This document shows, piece after piece, positions 40,402 to 50,672 of a stretch of DNA of 64,000 nucleotides. The position numbers and the translations under genes were made by a program. Below the pieces are notes generated by a model. The model had not been told where the DNA came from, did no database searches, and saw nothing but the letters and a program-made list of their open reading frames with translations. Source of the stretch: an uncultured Alphaproteobacteria bacterium (GTDB lineage: Bacteria > Pseudomonadota > Alphaproteobacteria > Rhizobiales > Xanthobacteraceae); the NCBI GenBank assembly GCA_963845435.1, contig CAWJSD010000012.1, positions 326,141 to 390,140 of the forward strand, read 5' to 3'. Numbering within the stretch: position 1 is the first letter of the stretch; the number at the start of each line of letters is the position of its first letter.

Positions 40402-41356
40402 GTGAGCGCCATTCCGATCATCGATGTAAGTCCTTTGCTCAGCGGCTCGCCGCGAGCAGGCGCACGGCGTTGCCGCGGAGCTCGGCCGGGCGTGTCGCGA
40501 GGTCGGGTTTTTCTACATCGTCGGCCATGGCATTCCGCCTGCACTGCGGCAACGCGTGTTCGACACCTCGGCAGCGTTCTTTACCGGGCCGATGTCGGTC
40601 CGGCAGGCGGCGGCGTTCAGCGGCCCGGGCGGCAACCGCGGTTACATCCAGCTCGGCGGCGAGACGCTCGACCCGGGCAAGCCCGCCGATGTCAAGGAAG
40701 CATTCAACATCGGCCTCGAGCTCGCGCCCGACGATCCGGAATTGCTGGCGCGGGCGCCGTTTCGTGCCGCCAATCTGTGGCCAGACGTATCAGGCTTCCG
40801 CGACACCATGCTGGAATATTTTGATCGCGTCTGGCGGCTGGGCTGCGACCTGCACCGCGGCTTCGCGCTTGACCTCGGGCTGGTCCCCGACTTCTTCGAG
40901 TCAAAACTCGACCGGCCGATCGCGACCTTGCGCCTGCTGCATTATCCACCGGTCAAGGCTCCGCCTTCCGATGGCCAACTCGGCGCCGGCGTGCATACCG
41001 ATTACGGCAATGTCACCCTGCTGGCGACCGATGCGGTCGGTGGCCTGATGGTGCAGGATCGCTCAGGCCGCTGGCTCGATGCGCCTGTGGTGCCCGATGC
41101 ATTCGTCTGCAACATCGGCGATTGCCTGATGCGATGGTCGAACGACGTCTATGTCTCGACACCGCATAAGGTGGTCAGCCCACCAGGCCAGGATCGCTAT
41201 TCGGTGGCGTTCTTCCTCGATCCAAATCCGGACGCGCTGGTGGCCTGCCTGCCGACCTGCATCAGTGCCGACCGGCCGGCGAAATATGCGCCGATATCAG
41301 GCGCCGATTTTCTGCGCTCGCGGCTGGAGCCGACCTACGAGAAGAAGGTGAGCTAA
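40402..41356 (+). CDS. Isopenicillin N synthase-family 2OG-Fe(II) oxygenase; frameshift near 40460
   Basis: IPIIDV, GFFYIVGHG, LRLLHYP, HTDYG, HKV, RYS. Confidence 0.9.
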
Positions 41357-42252
41357 CGTTACGCAACGTTTTGCGGCCGCATGTCCGCGCGCTTGATGCC
41401 GGTGCAGCACCACCGGCCTCTTCGTCGCGTCGCGCCGGAACGGCTCGCTTTCCCACCGTAGGTTTGGTGAGCCCACGAGAAAAGGTGCATGAAAACGGCG
41501 GAAGCGCACCCTCACTACATTATTGATCGGGGCGAGTACGCCGAACGCTAATCTAATCTCACCATTCTATAGCGGCTGTTCATGATCCCTTTCAGACTTC
41601 CTGCGGCGCTTCTCTCCTATTACAACTGGACTCTCGCCGCATCTAATTTGGTCGAGAGGCACAGAAAGCTTGACCGAGTTGATCTGAACTGCAGACGACC
41701 AAAGCAGTTCCCAACTGTTTCATTTTTTATCGCACAACAGCTACGAAGGCGCATTCCCTGCTATCAGGGAAATTAACAGCGAACGAACGCCACATCCAAT
41801 GAACCAATTCGTCAAGGCCCCATTCTCCAGACAACGAGACACAGCCACACATTCAACCAGGATGCCCGTGCAAACAGGAAACTTTCCGCGGGCGAAAGGG
41901 TAGAAGTCAACCGAAGACAATGCTGGCCTTTCTTTCGAGCCAACCAACAAGAGACGTGATCAACCTTGATGAGGATCCTAGCATGTGCCATTGATAGCTT
42001 TCCTGCACTATCTCAACTGTCAGATCCACCAACTTTGAGTGCCGTTTCTTCTTAGTTCGAAAATCTATTTTTTAGTATTATACACCAATCTTTTTCCTAC
42101 GTCGTTCACATTTAATAATTGTTGCGAACTAATTAAATCATTCGGCGCTCTACTCACACGGAGCGTGCAAATGTTTTCGAGACAGATATCCATCTCGCAG
42201 CAATCTGTCGGCTTGAACGATACTGGCGTGGATCATTCCGAACAACGAGGGA

Positions 42253-42647
42253 ATGATCATGACCGACCATAACAACGATTATCGAGTTGGGAAGGGTCAT
42301 CCGCCACGCGCTTCACAATTCAAGGCGTCAGCGGGAATCCGTCCGGACGGCCCAAAAAGTCTCCGAGCTTCAAATCCGATCTCATGGCCGAACTGTCGCA
42401 GCAGATAGAAGTCGTAGAGGATGGCAAGCGACATCGCCTCACAAAACAACAAGCCATGATCAAGTCGCTTACGTCAGCAGCCGTCAATAACAACACGCGA
42501 GCGCTAACCGTCTTGCTGGCCTGCCTTAAACTTTTCGGCCCGGCTGCCGACGAGGCCAATCTAGACACGATCGAGTTCGAAGACCTCGAGATCCTGCAAC
42601 ACTACATCGAGCGCGAACGCAAAACCTCAATCAAAGAAAGCGATTAA
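42253..42647 (+). pseudogene. DUF5681-type protein (putative terminase small subunit), frameshifted
   Basis: YRVGKGHPP..SQFK / SGNPSGRPKK then 'EDGKRHRLTKQQAMIKSL'. Confidence 0.7.
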
Positions 42648-42648
42648 C

Positions 42649-44269
42649 ATGAGCAATCTTGCAACGTCGATCTATCGAAAGGATTTTTTCTCATTCGTGG
42701 AGAAGGCCTTCCTTACCCAAACGGGCAAACATTTAAAAGCCTCTCAAAAATACATTGCTTTCGTCGTCTATGCACGAATCCATCTCTCCTTGGTGGGCGT
42801 GTCCAAAATCTTCTGGTCAATTCTGCCTGGCCTGCACTTGAAAACCTTCATGTGTTCCATTTGCCTGCCAGCGTTTGCCTTGGGCCTCAACCCAACGCTG
42901 CAAGATTCGAGTTGCGGCTTACAATAAAGAACTGGCCGAGGACATTGTGATGGATCTGCATGATCACGATGAGCAGCTGGTATCAGAAAGCCTTTAAAAC
43001 GCGGATCGCCAAAGGTCACTCGCGCAAAGACCATTCTGAAGTGGTCGGTGGCGGAGGCGGAGCCGTCGCAGCCGAAGGCGTGACGGAAAGGGTGCCGACA
43101 TCATTATCCATGACGACCCCGAGAATGCCGCCGATTGGAACAACGAATTGATGAAGAACAAGACCATCGAACACTTTGAAATTATTACCACGCGTGGTGA
43201 CGGTGGCGAGCAGTTGAAGCGACTTGTTGTTGTGCACCGCATCGCTGATGATGATCTATCGTCGCACATTCTTAATCCAGGGTGATCTTCGCGGATCTGC
43301 GTTGCCACTATTTCGCATCTGAAACCATGACGGTTACCTTTGTGACAGTGGAATTCACATTGTCGATGGGATAGAGGCACTGCGTGCTGACGTTATTTAA
43401 GTGATCGCATCGAGAAATTGATGCCGGTAGCCATTGTGGTGCACCGTTTTGGCTTCTTTATCATCAGAAGGTAATTGGTCGTGTGAAGCCCATTTGCATT
43501 GATGATGGCGGATTTTCCTTTGACCACGAGGGCGCCTTGGAGACGTGCTTGCGAGCGGCATTCCGATTGTGCTAAGGTCCACACGGCGGAACGCACCCAT
43601 TCAAATAGCCTGAACGTGCATGTTTACGGCATCCAAGGAAAAAACTACCTGCTGTTGCACGTTTTCGCTGAGAAGTGTTCATTTTCCAGATTGGTCACCA
43701 AAACAAAGTTCCTCGCCGCCAGGTATCAAGCGTCGATGATTTGGGTTGAAAACGCTAGCCGCGGACCAGACCTGATTGATGCGTTATGTCGTGAAATCCG
43801 TGTTCAAATTGTACCGATCGATCCGCGCGGCGCCAAAAGCGAAACGCTTACGGCAATGCGTGTCGATTATTAAAGCCAGACGCATTAGCATTCGTCCAAA
43901 GGCGATCTCGTCGAAGATGCTATCGACCAAATCGTTGCTTATCCTAATACGACAAATGACGATCATGTGGATGCCATGACAAACTTTCTGCTCCATGTAC
44001 CGACGTTGAATCTTCGACCGCGACCGCCTCAGGCTCCCGGTCCTCAGGGCGCGGCGTTCGCTAATCACCGCTACGCGCCTCAGTCCCCGGGCGTTGAGAT
44101 CGGTCGCGGGCAACTCTTATCCGGGAGAGGCTGTGCTGCCTTTGGGTCGGCGTCACGGCAACCGGTCATACCAGCGAATGTCAACAATCCGCCCAGCCTC
44201 GAGAACGGACCGTCAAAGATCGTTGAAACTCCGTTGGGGCCTGTTAAGATACGTCGAGGATGGCCATAA
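42649..44269 (+). pseudogene. Decayed phage terminase large subunit
   Basis: Fragments DFFSFVEKAF, LKTFMCSICLPAF, GKGADIIIHDDP (Walker B, ~43085-43120), WVENASRG, NDDHVDAM (nuclease); many stops and indels; AT-richer. Confidence 0.75.
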
Positions 44270-44314
44270 ACAGACCTTGTTCCGCCGGGAAGAGATTCGA
44301 TTGACCTGATCGAA

Positions 44315-45376
44315 TTACTCGAACAGGAGCACCAGGCCGATGCTGATCGCGAGCAGCAATGTGAGCGACAGCGTCACCGCGGCGGTGACCCGTCCGCCCA
44401 CGCTGGAGAGGACGCGAATGTCGACGCCCATTCCGAGCGCGGCCATCGACACGATGGTCAGAAACGAGGCCACTTTGGTCGCCGGCGCGACAAAGCCGTC
44501 TGGAATGAGCTGGAACGACCGAAGCGCCGCCAGCACCAGAAACCCGATGATGAACCACGGCACCAGCTTGAACGGGCTGATCGCCTTCGCCTTGGTCCCG
44601 CCCGCGAAATCGCCGCGCAGACGGGGCGCGATCAACGACATGCCGACCACCAACGGACCCAGCATCAACACCCGAACCAGCTTTACGAGCGTCCCGATCT
44701 GGGTGCTGACCAATCCGGCCGGCACCGTGGCCGCGAGTACCTGGGGCACGGCGTAGACAGTCAGACCGGCAAGGATGCCGTATTGCGTGGCTGACAGATG
44801 CAGCAACGGAATCAGCAGCGGCAGGCCCAGCACCATCAACACGCCGAGGATCGCGGTAAACGAGATCGACGAGGCGATGTCGTCGCCATGGGCATCGATC
44901 ACCGGCGCAACTGCTGCGATCGCCGAATTGCCGCAGATCGAGTTGCCGGCCGCGATCAAAATCGACAGCTTGATCGGCAAGCCCAGAATGCGGCTGACGG
45001 CAAAGCTCGCGCTCAGGGTTACGATGACAGCGGCGACGATCGCCGCGATCAGCCACATGCCCGACGCCATGATCGCGGCAAAGCTGATCGAGGCGCCGAG
45101 CAGCATCACCGCGACCTCGAGCAGTTGCTTGGCGCTGAAGGCGATCCCGCTGCGCCAACGCTCCGACGGGCTCCAGGCGGTGCGAACCACCATGCCCAGC
45201 AGGATCGCGATCACAAGGGCTTCGATGTAGGGATGCAGGAAAACCCGCTCCTCCAGGATCTGGATAATCATCGAGACGCCGGTGATCAGGAGACAAAGCA
45301 GGATCCCGGGGATCAGGGACATGAAGCGGCCGAGCCTGGTGCGCGATGAAGCCGGTCTTTGGTCGGGTTGGCCCAC
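44315..45376 (-). CDS. YeiH-family putative sulfate exporter
   Basis: GNSICGNSAIAA, YAVPQVLAA, KLVRVLML, PWFI. Confidence 0.9.
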   Translation of the reverse strand: MGQPDQRPASSRTRLGRFMSLIPGILLCLLITGVSMIIQILEERVFLHPYIEALVIAILLGMVVRTAWSPSERWRSGIAFSAKQLLEVAVMLLGASISFAAIMASGMWLIAAIVAAVIVTLSASFAVSRILGLPIKLSILIAAGNSICGNSAIAAVAPVIDAHGDDIASSISFTAILGVLMVLGLPLLIPLLHLSATQYGILAGLTVYAVPQVLAATVPAGLVSTQIGTLVKLVRVLMLGPLVVGMSLIAPRLRGDFAGGTKAKAISPFKLVPWFIIGFLVLAALRSFQLIPDGFVAPATKVASFLTIVSMAALGMGVDIRVLSSVGGRVTAAVTLSLTLLLAISIGLVLLFE

Positions 45377-45465
45377 AAAATTCCTCGTTATTTCGAAGAA
45401 ATATCGTGCACCAAACCGCCCGCGGAAAGTAATATATTTTCAATCTGGCCCGATAGACAGAAGTT

Positions 45466-46353
45466 ATGTCTCTTAATCTACATTTGCTCCGGCTGTTCGC
45501 GACGGTGGTACAGACCGGAAGTTTTTCGCGCGCCGCCGACGTGCTGAACATCAGCCAGCCGGCGATCTCGAAAGGCGTCCGCGATTTCGAGTTGCAGGTC
45601 GGTTGCCGTTTGCTGGACCGGACCTCGAAGGGCGTCCGCCCGACCCGCGAAGGCCAGGCGCTGGTGCAGCACGCGATGACGCTGTTCGCGGCCGAACGCG
45701 CCGCGGAAGATGAACTGCTGTCGTTGCGCAACCTCGACAGCGGATCTTTGCGGATCGGCGCCAGCACCACGATCGCGACTTACATGATCGCGGAATATCT
45801 CGGTGTCTTTCACCGCAAATATCCCGGGATCGATCTGCATCTGGTCAGCGCCAACACGCGCGATATCGCCGAGCTGATGCTGGCGCATGATATCGAGATC
45901 GCTTTGGTCGAAGGCCCGGTCGAGCATAACGACCTCGCTTCGTCTGCCTGGCGCACCGATGTCATGAACCTGATTGTCGGTCCGGAGCATCGCTTTGCCG
46001 CGGCAACGGCGCCGATCGACCCTTCCGAAATCAACGAAGAAATTTTGATCGTGCGCGAGCCGGGCTCGGGGACCCGCGAGGTTGTCGCCCAAGCGCTTTC
46101 CGATCGCAGCATCGAGCCACGCCGGACGCTCGAAATCGGCAGCACCGAAGCGATCAAGCAGGCTGTCGCCGCCGGGATCGGCGTTTCAATTGTCTCGGTG
46201 GCAACGGTCGAAGATCAGGTCAAACTGGGCAGGCTCAAGCTCATCGCGATGAAAGATCTCGGCATCGCGCGGACGCTCTGGCAATTGAAGGCGCCTGGAC
46301 GGATCGAAATTCCGGCCGCCCTCGCTTTTGAAAGCATTTTCCGGCCAAAATGA
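45466..46353 (+). CDS. LysR regulator (YeiE/CysL-like)
   Basis: SFSRAA..L.ISQPAIS, GASTTI, REPGSGTR, STEAIK; divergent from yeiH-like gene. Confidence 0.92.
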   Translation: MSLNLHLLRLFATVVQTGSFSRAADVLNISQPAISKGVRDFELQVGCRLLDRTSKGVRPTREGQALVQHAMTLFAAERAAEDELLSLRNLDSGSLRIGASTTIATYMIAEYLGVFHRKYPGIDLHLVSANTRDIAELMLAHDIEIALVEGPVEHNDLASSAWRTDVMNLIVGPEHRFAAATAPIDPSEINEEILIVREPGSGTREVVAQALSDRSIEPRRTLEIGSTEAIKQAVAAGIGVSIVSVATVEDQVKLGRLKLIAMKDLGIARTLWQLKAPGRIEIPAALAFESIFRPK

Positions 46354-46356
46354 TCC

Positions 46357-46593
46357 TCAGATCAGCGCTGGCAAACTTTGCGGCAGATTTTGCAGGAATG
46401 CGACGGCTCGATCGAAACTGTCGAAAATTCCGGGCACGAAATAGATCGCACGCGCAATCACAATGGCGCCCGCAAGGCTCCAGAAAATGCCGGCGCCAAG
46501 CCGCATCAGCCATTTGGACGCGCGCCCATCGTTCTGGGCGCCCTCCTCAAAGGACACTCGCTCGCCAAACGGCTCAAAATCGCGGGAGTTCAT
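46357..46593 (-). CDS. Small membrane protein
   Basis: One TM segment (GAGIFWSLAGAIVIARAIYF). Confidence 0.55.
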   Translation of the reverse strand: MNSRDFEPFGERVSFEEGAQNDGRASKWLMRLGAGIFWSLAGAIVIARAIYFVPGIFDSFDRAVAFLQNLPQSLPALI

Positions 46594-46867
46594 AACAATT
46601 GCCTGTTTGCTGACATACACCCAATGTCGTCAACCGGCCGAAAACAGCAATAGCCGGGAAGTTCTTATTTGGGTCAAGACCGGAAACTTCCTTTCATGCC
46701 CGGGTTCCAGGCAAATGTTTTCGACTTTCCGCCGGCAATGATCTCTTCGGCCTCGAGATTGCGGCGCAAGAGCCAGCTGCTGGCAATGATTGCGGTGTCA
46801 TCCGCACATGATGCACTGCACATTCAGGCAGGAACCTGCGAAGCGCTTTGTCACCCTCACCGCGCAA

Positions 46868-47107
46868 TTAACGGCGGTGCATCGGCGCCTGATCTCGCCC
46901 TGTTTTGCCCGCGCCGGGCCGATCCATCATGGCCATACCGGCAAAGCTTGGAACCGGCCGATGTGCTCCGCTCTTCGAAGGACGAGAGCGAACAGGCGCA
47001 TCCTTCTTCAGCTTTCCGTTGCGACGAAAAGCCGGTTTGCACAAAAGCACAGCGACAAGTGTCATGCTCGGCATCAGAGCCAACATAATGGCCTGAATTA
47101 TTGTCAT
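46868..47107 (-). CDS. Small hydrophobic protein
   Basis: MTIIQAIMLALMPSMTLVAVLL; CtrA box upstream. Confidence 0.4.
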   Translation of the reverse strand: MTIIQAIMLALMPSMTLVAVLLCKPAFRRNGKLKKDAPVRSRPSKSGAHRPVPSFAGMAMMDRPGAGKTGRDQAPMHRR

Positions 47108-47146
47108 CGGCGTTTTCCCCACGATTTCGCCGTACACCCGCAACCC

Positions 47147-47162
47147 GTTAACAACTAATTAA
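47147..47162 (-). promoter_or_regulatory. CtrA binding site
   Basis: Minus strand TTAA-TTAGTTG-TTAAC, full consensus. Confidence 0.6.
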
Positions 47163-47310
47163 TTAGCTTATTGTTCACAATGTGGGGAAGCGATGTCCGA
47201 AAGACGATTACAACAGCCACATTCACTTACCGTCCGATCCCATAAGGCACGTCGGCAACTAATGTTTTAGGTTCGGCTGTAATGTCGCAACGATCGTGCG
47301 CGACATTTAT

Positions 47311-47679
47311 TTAGCGACCGGCCGATCCGTTTCGACGATTTAGTCCGGCATCCACCGGCACGAAGATACGCTTGTTATCCGGTGTCAGTCCCTCGAACCG
47401 GACGAAGCCGCTCGCGGTCGACACCACGTCGCCCGGCCGAAGATCGTCATCATCGAGCGCACGCTTAGCTATTTCGCGTTCGATCTCTTGCGGCGATGGC
47501 TCATCCTGATCGACGAACTTGCCTTCGCGGCGAATTTGCTCGACCCGCTGCCGCGCGCGATCGACCTGCGCCTGCCATTGCTCCCTGGTGAGGTTGTCGC
47601 CATCCTCCTGAGCCGACGCGGGTGAGCACATCGACAATCGGGCGCACGTTGAGATGAGCAATATGGCGCGGAGTTTCAT
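47311..47679 (-). CDS. Exported hypothetical protein
   Basis: Signal peptide; DDDLRPGDVVST..G..RFEG. Confidence 0.65.
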   Translation of the reverse strand: MKLRAILLISTCARLSMCSPASAQEDGDNLTREQWQAQVDRARQRVEQIRREGKFVDQDEPSPQEIEREIAKRALDDDDLRPGDVVSTASGFVRFEGLTPDNKRIFVPVDAGLNRRNGSAGR

Positions 47680-47688
47680 CGCTTCGAA

Positions 47689-48498
47689 TTACTTCGACTG
47701 CTTTTCAGTCGTCCGTGGCGAAGGAAATAACTGCTCGCTCTTGCCCAATATCCAGTCAGCGATCAATCCCATCCATTCGCGACAAGCGATATCGGTACGG
47801 CGCAACGCCTCCAGCGGCCGATCGATCCATATCGGTCTGCCGGGCGTGAGCCAATCGACCGGATAGGCCTCGACGGCAAATCCTGCATCCCGGAACAGGC
47901 CGACCGAGCGAGGCATGTGGAATGCCGACGTCACAAGCAGCCAATGATCGGAGGGCTTGGGTTTCGCAATCGCTTTGGTGAAGCTGGCGTTCTCCATGGT
48001 GTTTCGCGACGCGCGCTCCAATATCACCCGATCCTTGGGAAGGCCCAGTCTCTCAAAATAGTCGTTCGCATAATCAGCTTCTTTGGCCTCGTGCGAAAAC
48101 AGGCCGGCGCTGCCGCCGGTGAAGATAATCGGAATGTCGGGAAAGCGTCGAGCGAGTTCGGCAGCGGCGATCAATCGATCCGCCGCGACGGGTGCGATTG
48201 CAAATCCGCGTCCTGCCGAAAGGTCGGGATCGATGCTTCCGCCCAGAATCACCACGCCGGTCGGCCGACCTTCCGACGCGTTCCAGACCGGAAAACAATT
48301 CTCCAATGGCGCAAGCAGAAAATATCCGATCGGTGTAAGCGCGCCGATCACCAGCAGCACGACGGATGCGGTGACGAGCACGCGGCCCCAACGGCCCAAT
48401 CGCAAACACAGCAACGCCAGGCCGGCCAATCCGAGGGCCGTGATGAATGTCGTGGGAGTAAGAAGCGCACCGAGGGTCTTGGACAGCAAGAAATACAT
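47689..48498 (-). CDS. YdcF/ElyC (DUF218) family protein
   Basis: VILGG, FTGG, SRNTMENA, LVTSAFHMPRS. Confidence 0.9.
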   Translation of the reverse strand: MYFLLSKTLGALLTPTTFITALGLAGLALLCLRLGRWGRVLVTASVVLLVIGALTPIGYFLLAPLENCFPVWNASEGRPTGVVILGGSIDPDLSAGRGFAIAPVAADRLIAAAELARRFPDIPIIFTGGSAGLFSHEAKEADYANDYFERLGLPKDRVILERASRNTMENASFTKAIAKPKPSDHWLLVTSAFHMPRSVGLFRDAGFAVEAYPVDWLTPGRPIWIDRPLEALRRTDIACREWMGLIADWILGKSEQLFPSPRTTEKQSK

Positions 48499-48661
48499 TG
48501 TCTGCTCTTCAGTTGAATCCGACAGGAGCCGGCGCGCGGGGTCCACGCGATGCACGTATAGCATCGGGGGCGCGCATCATGGGCGACACCGCCGCCTGCA
48601 AGGCGTAATTTCAACTGGAATTTCGAAGTAGTCCCGCTTCATCGCGATGCGGCTTGCCGGG

Positions 48662-48883
48662 TCAGTTGCGGACCTTGCCTTCGCTGAGCAGCCAATCATG
48701 GATGACGCGCCATTTATCGCGGCCCCTCGACGAGAAGTTCAGCAACGGCGAAGCAACGTCCTGCAGCGCGATGAAGAATCTCAGCGTGTCCCTGCCGGTG
48801 GCTTCACTGGCGTCCACAAGATGGGAATTCGTCCACGCTTCCCATTCCTGCATCAGCAAATGTCTGGTTTCGCTGACTCGCAT
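48662..48883 (-). CDS. 73-aa hypothetical protein
   Basis: GGAGG RBS; LLNF..RGRDKWRVIHDWL. Confidence 0.65.
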   Translation of the reverse strand: MRVSETRHLLMQEWEAWTNSHLVDASEATGRDTLRFFIALQDVASPLLNFSSRGRDKWRVIHDWLLSEGKVRN

Positions 48884-49151
48884 CCGCTCCTCCCGTGAGG
48901 GGGTAGCTTTCAAACAAATTGTTGAGGAAACGTTATTCGGCCGATATGCCGCACTTGGCGATTGAAGTTTCGCCATTTGCGCGCCTGAGTGGGCCGGACA
49001 ACGGTCTGTGCCCACACGGCGACCGGTCTCGCGATAAATCGCTGGAGAATTACGCAGTCGACAGCCCTTTTTATCGGTGTGCCACCCCACGCCATATTGT
49101 GGAGTCGGCACATAAAAGGCTATTCTGGTGCTCGAACCAGGGAGGCGACGG

Positions 49152-49433
49152 ATGTCAACAGCACGGGTAGTTTTCGCGGCGATGGCGCTCACGGCGAGCG
49201 GCCTGATGACCATGACTTCAGCGGAAGCGCGACACTATCGTCATGCTGCGGCTTACTCGGATTACGTCGTCGATGCCTCCGCTTGCGGCCCGATCCCACC
49301 GCCGGCCTCGCTGTACATCTACCCTGAAGCGAATTGGGAGCCGTTCTTCCGGCACCACGTTTACCGGTACGGACCGGTCGTCGCCTGCGCGCTGGCGCCG
49401 GCGAACACCAACGTCATTTCGGTTCGTTACTGA
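49152..49433 (+). CDS. Small exported protein
   Basis: GGAGG RBS; signal ending AEA; YIYPEANWEPFF. Confidence 0.65.
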   Translation: MSTARVVFAAMALTASGLMTMTSAEARHYRHAAAYSDYVVDASACGPIPPPASLYIYPEANWEPFFRHHVYRYGPVVACALAPANTNVISVRY

Positions 49434-49493
49434 GCGTTGGCTCCCGACAACGGTCGGGAGATCCGCCAAGGTCGTCCGAGGACCCGCGATAAT

Positions 49494-49847
49494 TCAGTCG
49501 CCAGATGCCCGAAACTCGATCTGGCACTGGCTCTGAATGGTGGCATCCTGGATCGCCGAGAGCTTCTGCTTCAAAATCGCAAGCTCGCCGGATGCCGGTT
49601 TCGGACTTGAGAGTATGCCCGGAATGATCACCGCGTCTTCGGCGCTGGCCGTGTCGCTGACGCGCGCATCCGCGAGACCGTGGGTAACGGCCATCGCACG
49701 CGCGGAGACCTGCTGACCCTCCTGGAGCAGCTGTGCGCAACTATATTTGCGGTAGTAGCCGGCGGAAATATCAGGCTGCGACGCGCCCGCCGGCACGGCC
49801 GAGGCAGTCAGCACACAGCCCGCAAATAATACCGCCAGCACTCGCAT
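49494..49847 (-). CDS. Small exported Cys-containing protein
   Basis: GGAG RBS; signal peptide; YSCAQL...QSQCQIEF. Confidence 0.65.
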   Translation of the reverse strand: MRVLAVLFAGCVLTASAVPAGASQPDISAGYYRKYSCAQLLQEGQQVSARAMAVTHGLADARVSDTASAEDAVIIPGILSSPKPASGELAILKQKLSAIQDATIQSQCQIEFRASGD

Positions 49848-49975
49848 ATGGCATCTCCGTCTGATCGGCCGAATGGATCAGCGGGAAGCTAAACCCAATC
49901 GGCCGCACGGCTGCCACTCACATTCCGGGGAGTAATGCCCTGGAAACCGCCTCAAGCTGTGACTTTTCAGCGCGC

Positions 49976-50623
49976 TCAGCGGGTCTTGCCGGGAATGCCG
50001 ACACAAGTGGTAGAGCCGTCCGTCTCGTGCGCGGCGGTGGTGCACGGCCTCGGCGCTACGGTTCTGGTCGAAACGCCGTCCGCACCCGGTTCCGCCAGAC
50101 CGACGGTCGATGCAGCCGGCTGATCGGCTACGCCTTGAACGGCCTTCGGCGCGCCCTGATCCTGCTGCGCTTGCCCCGTAGCAGGAGGCGCCGCCGCACC
50201 GGAGCCGGACGGAGGTGGAGCGCCGACCGTTCCGCCGATCACGCCACCTGTGGTGGGGGCGTTTTCCAAGCCTGACGCCGGATTATCGGCAGGCACCGCC
50301 GGCAAGCCGGCGGCATTCACAGCCGGATTGCCTGTACCGGCTGCGCCGTTGCCCTCGGCATTATTCACGCCCGGCGGGCCGCCACCCACCTGACCGGCTG
50401 GCGGGCCGCCGCCAACCCGTCCTGCAGGCGCACCGCCGCCCACCGCGACGCTGCCGGTACCCGTGGCGCCCACGCCGGCGCCCGTCGCTCCCGTGCCGCC
50501 CGCAGCGGCTCCGCTACCGGCGCCTCCAGACCCTGCCCCGCCGCCGGCAGCCGCGGCAAATCCCATCGGCAGCACGGTTAAAAACACAGCTAACGCCAAA
50601 GTTTTGCTTCTAGAACCTGTCAT
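49976..50623 (-). CDS. Gly/Ala/Pro-rich exported protein with C-terminal Cys pair
   Basis: AAGGAG RBS; signal peptide; C-terminal PCTTAAHETDGSTTCVGIP. Confidence 0.75.
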   Translation of the reverse strand: MTGSRSKTLALAVFLTVLPMGFAAAAGGGAGSGGAGSGAAAGGTGATGAGVGATGTGSVAVGGGAPAGRVGGGPPAGQVGGGPPGVNNAEGNGAAGTGNPAVNAAGLPAVPADNPASGLENAPTTGGVIGGTVGAPPPSGSGAAAPPATGQAQQDQGAPKAVQGVADQPAASTVGLAEPGADGVSTRTVAPRPCTTAAHETDGSTTCVGIPGKTR

Positions 50624-50647
50624 GGTGCGCTCCTTCGCTTTGGATGC

Positions 50648-50672
50648 AACGGCACAGCGCTTTTGTGGTTCC
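50648..50672 (-). promoter_or_regulatory. sigma-EcfG promoter
   Basis: Minus strand GGAAC-N16-CGTT immediately upstream of RBS/ATG 50623. Confidence 0.75.

Noticed and set aside
41430-41560. tRNA/att site or 20-aa ORF (MKTAEAHPHYIIDRGEYAER) at the island edge
   Set aside because: No cloverleaf or T-loop and no matching direct repeat found; ORF too short to support.
44244-45770. 508-aa minus-strand ORF and the 530-aa version of the SDR ORF (62182 start)
   Set aside because: They overlap better-supported YeiH/LysR and TetR genes.
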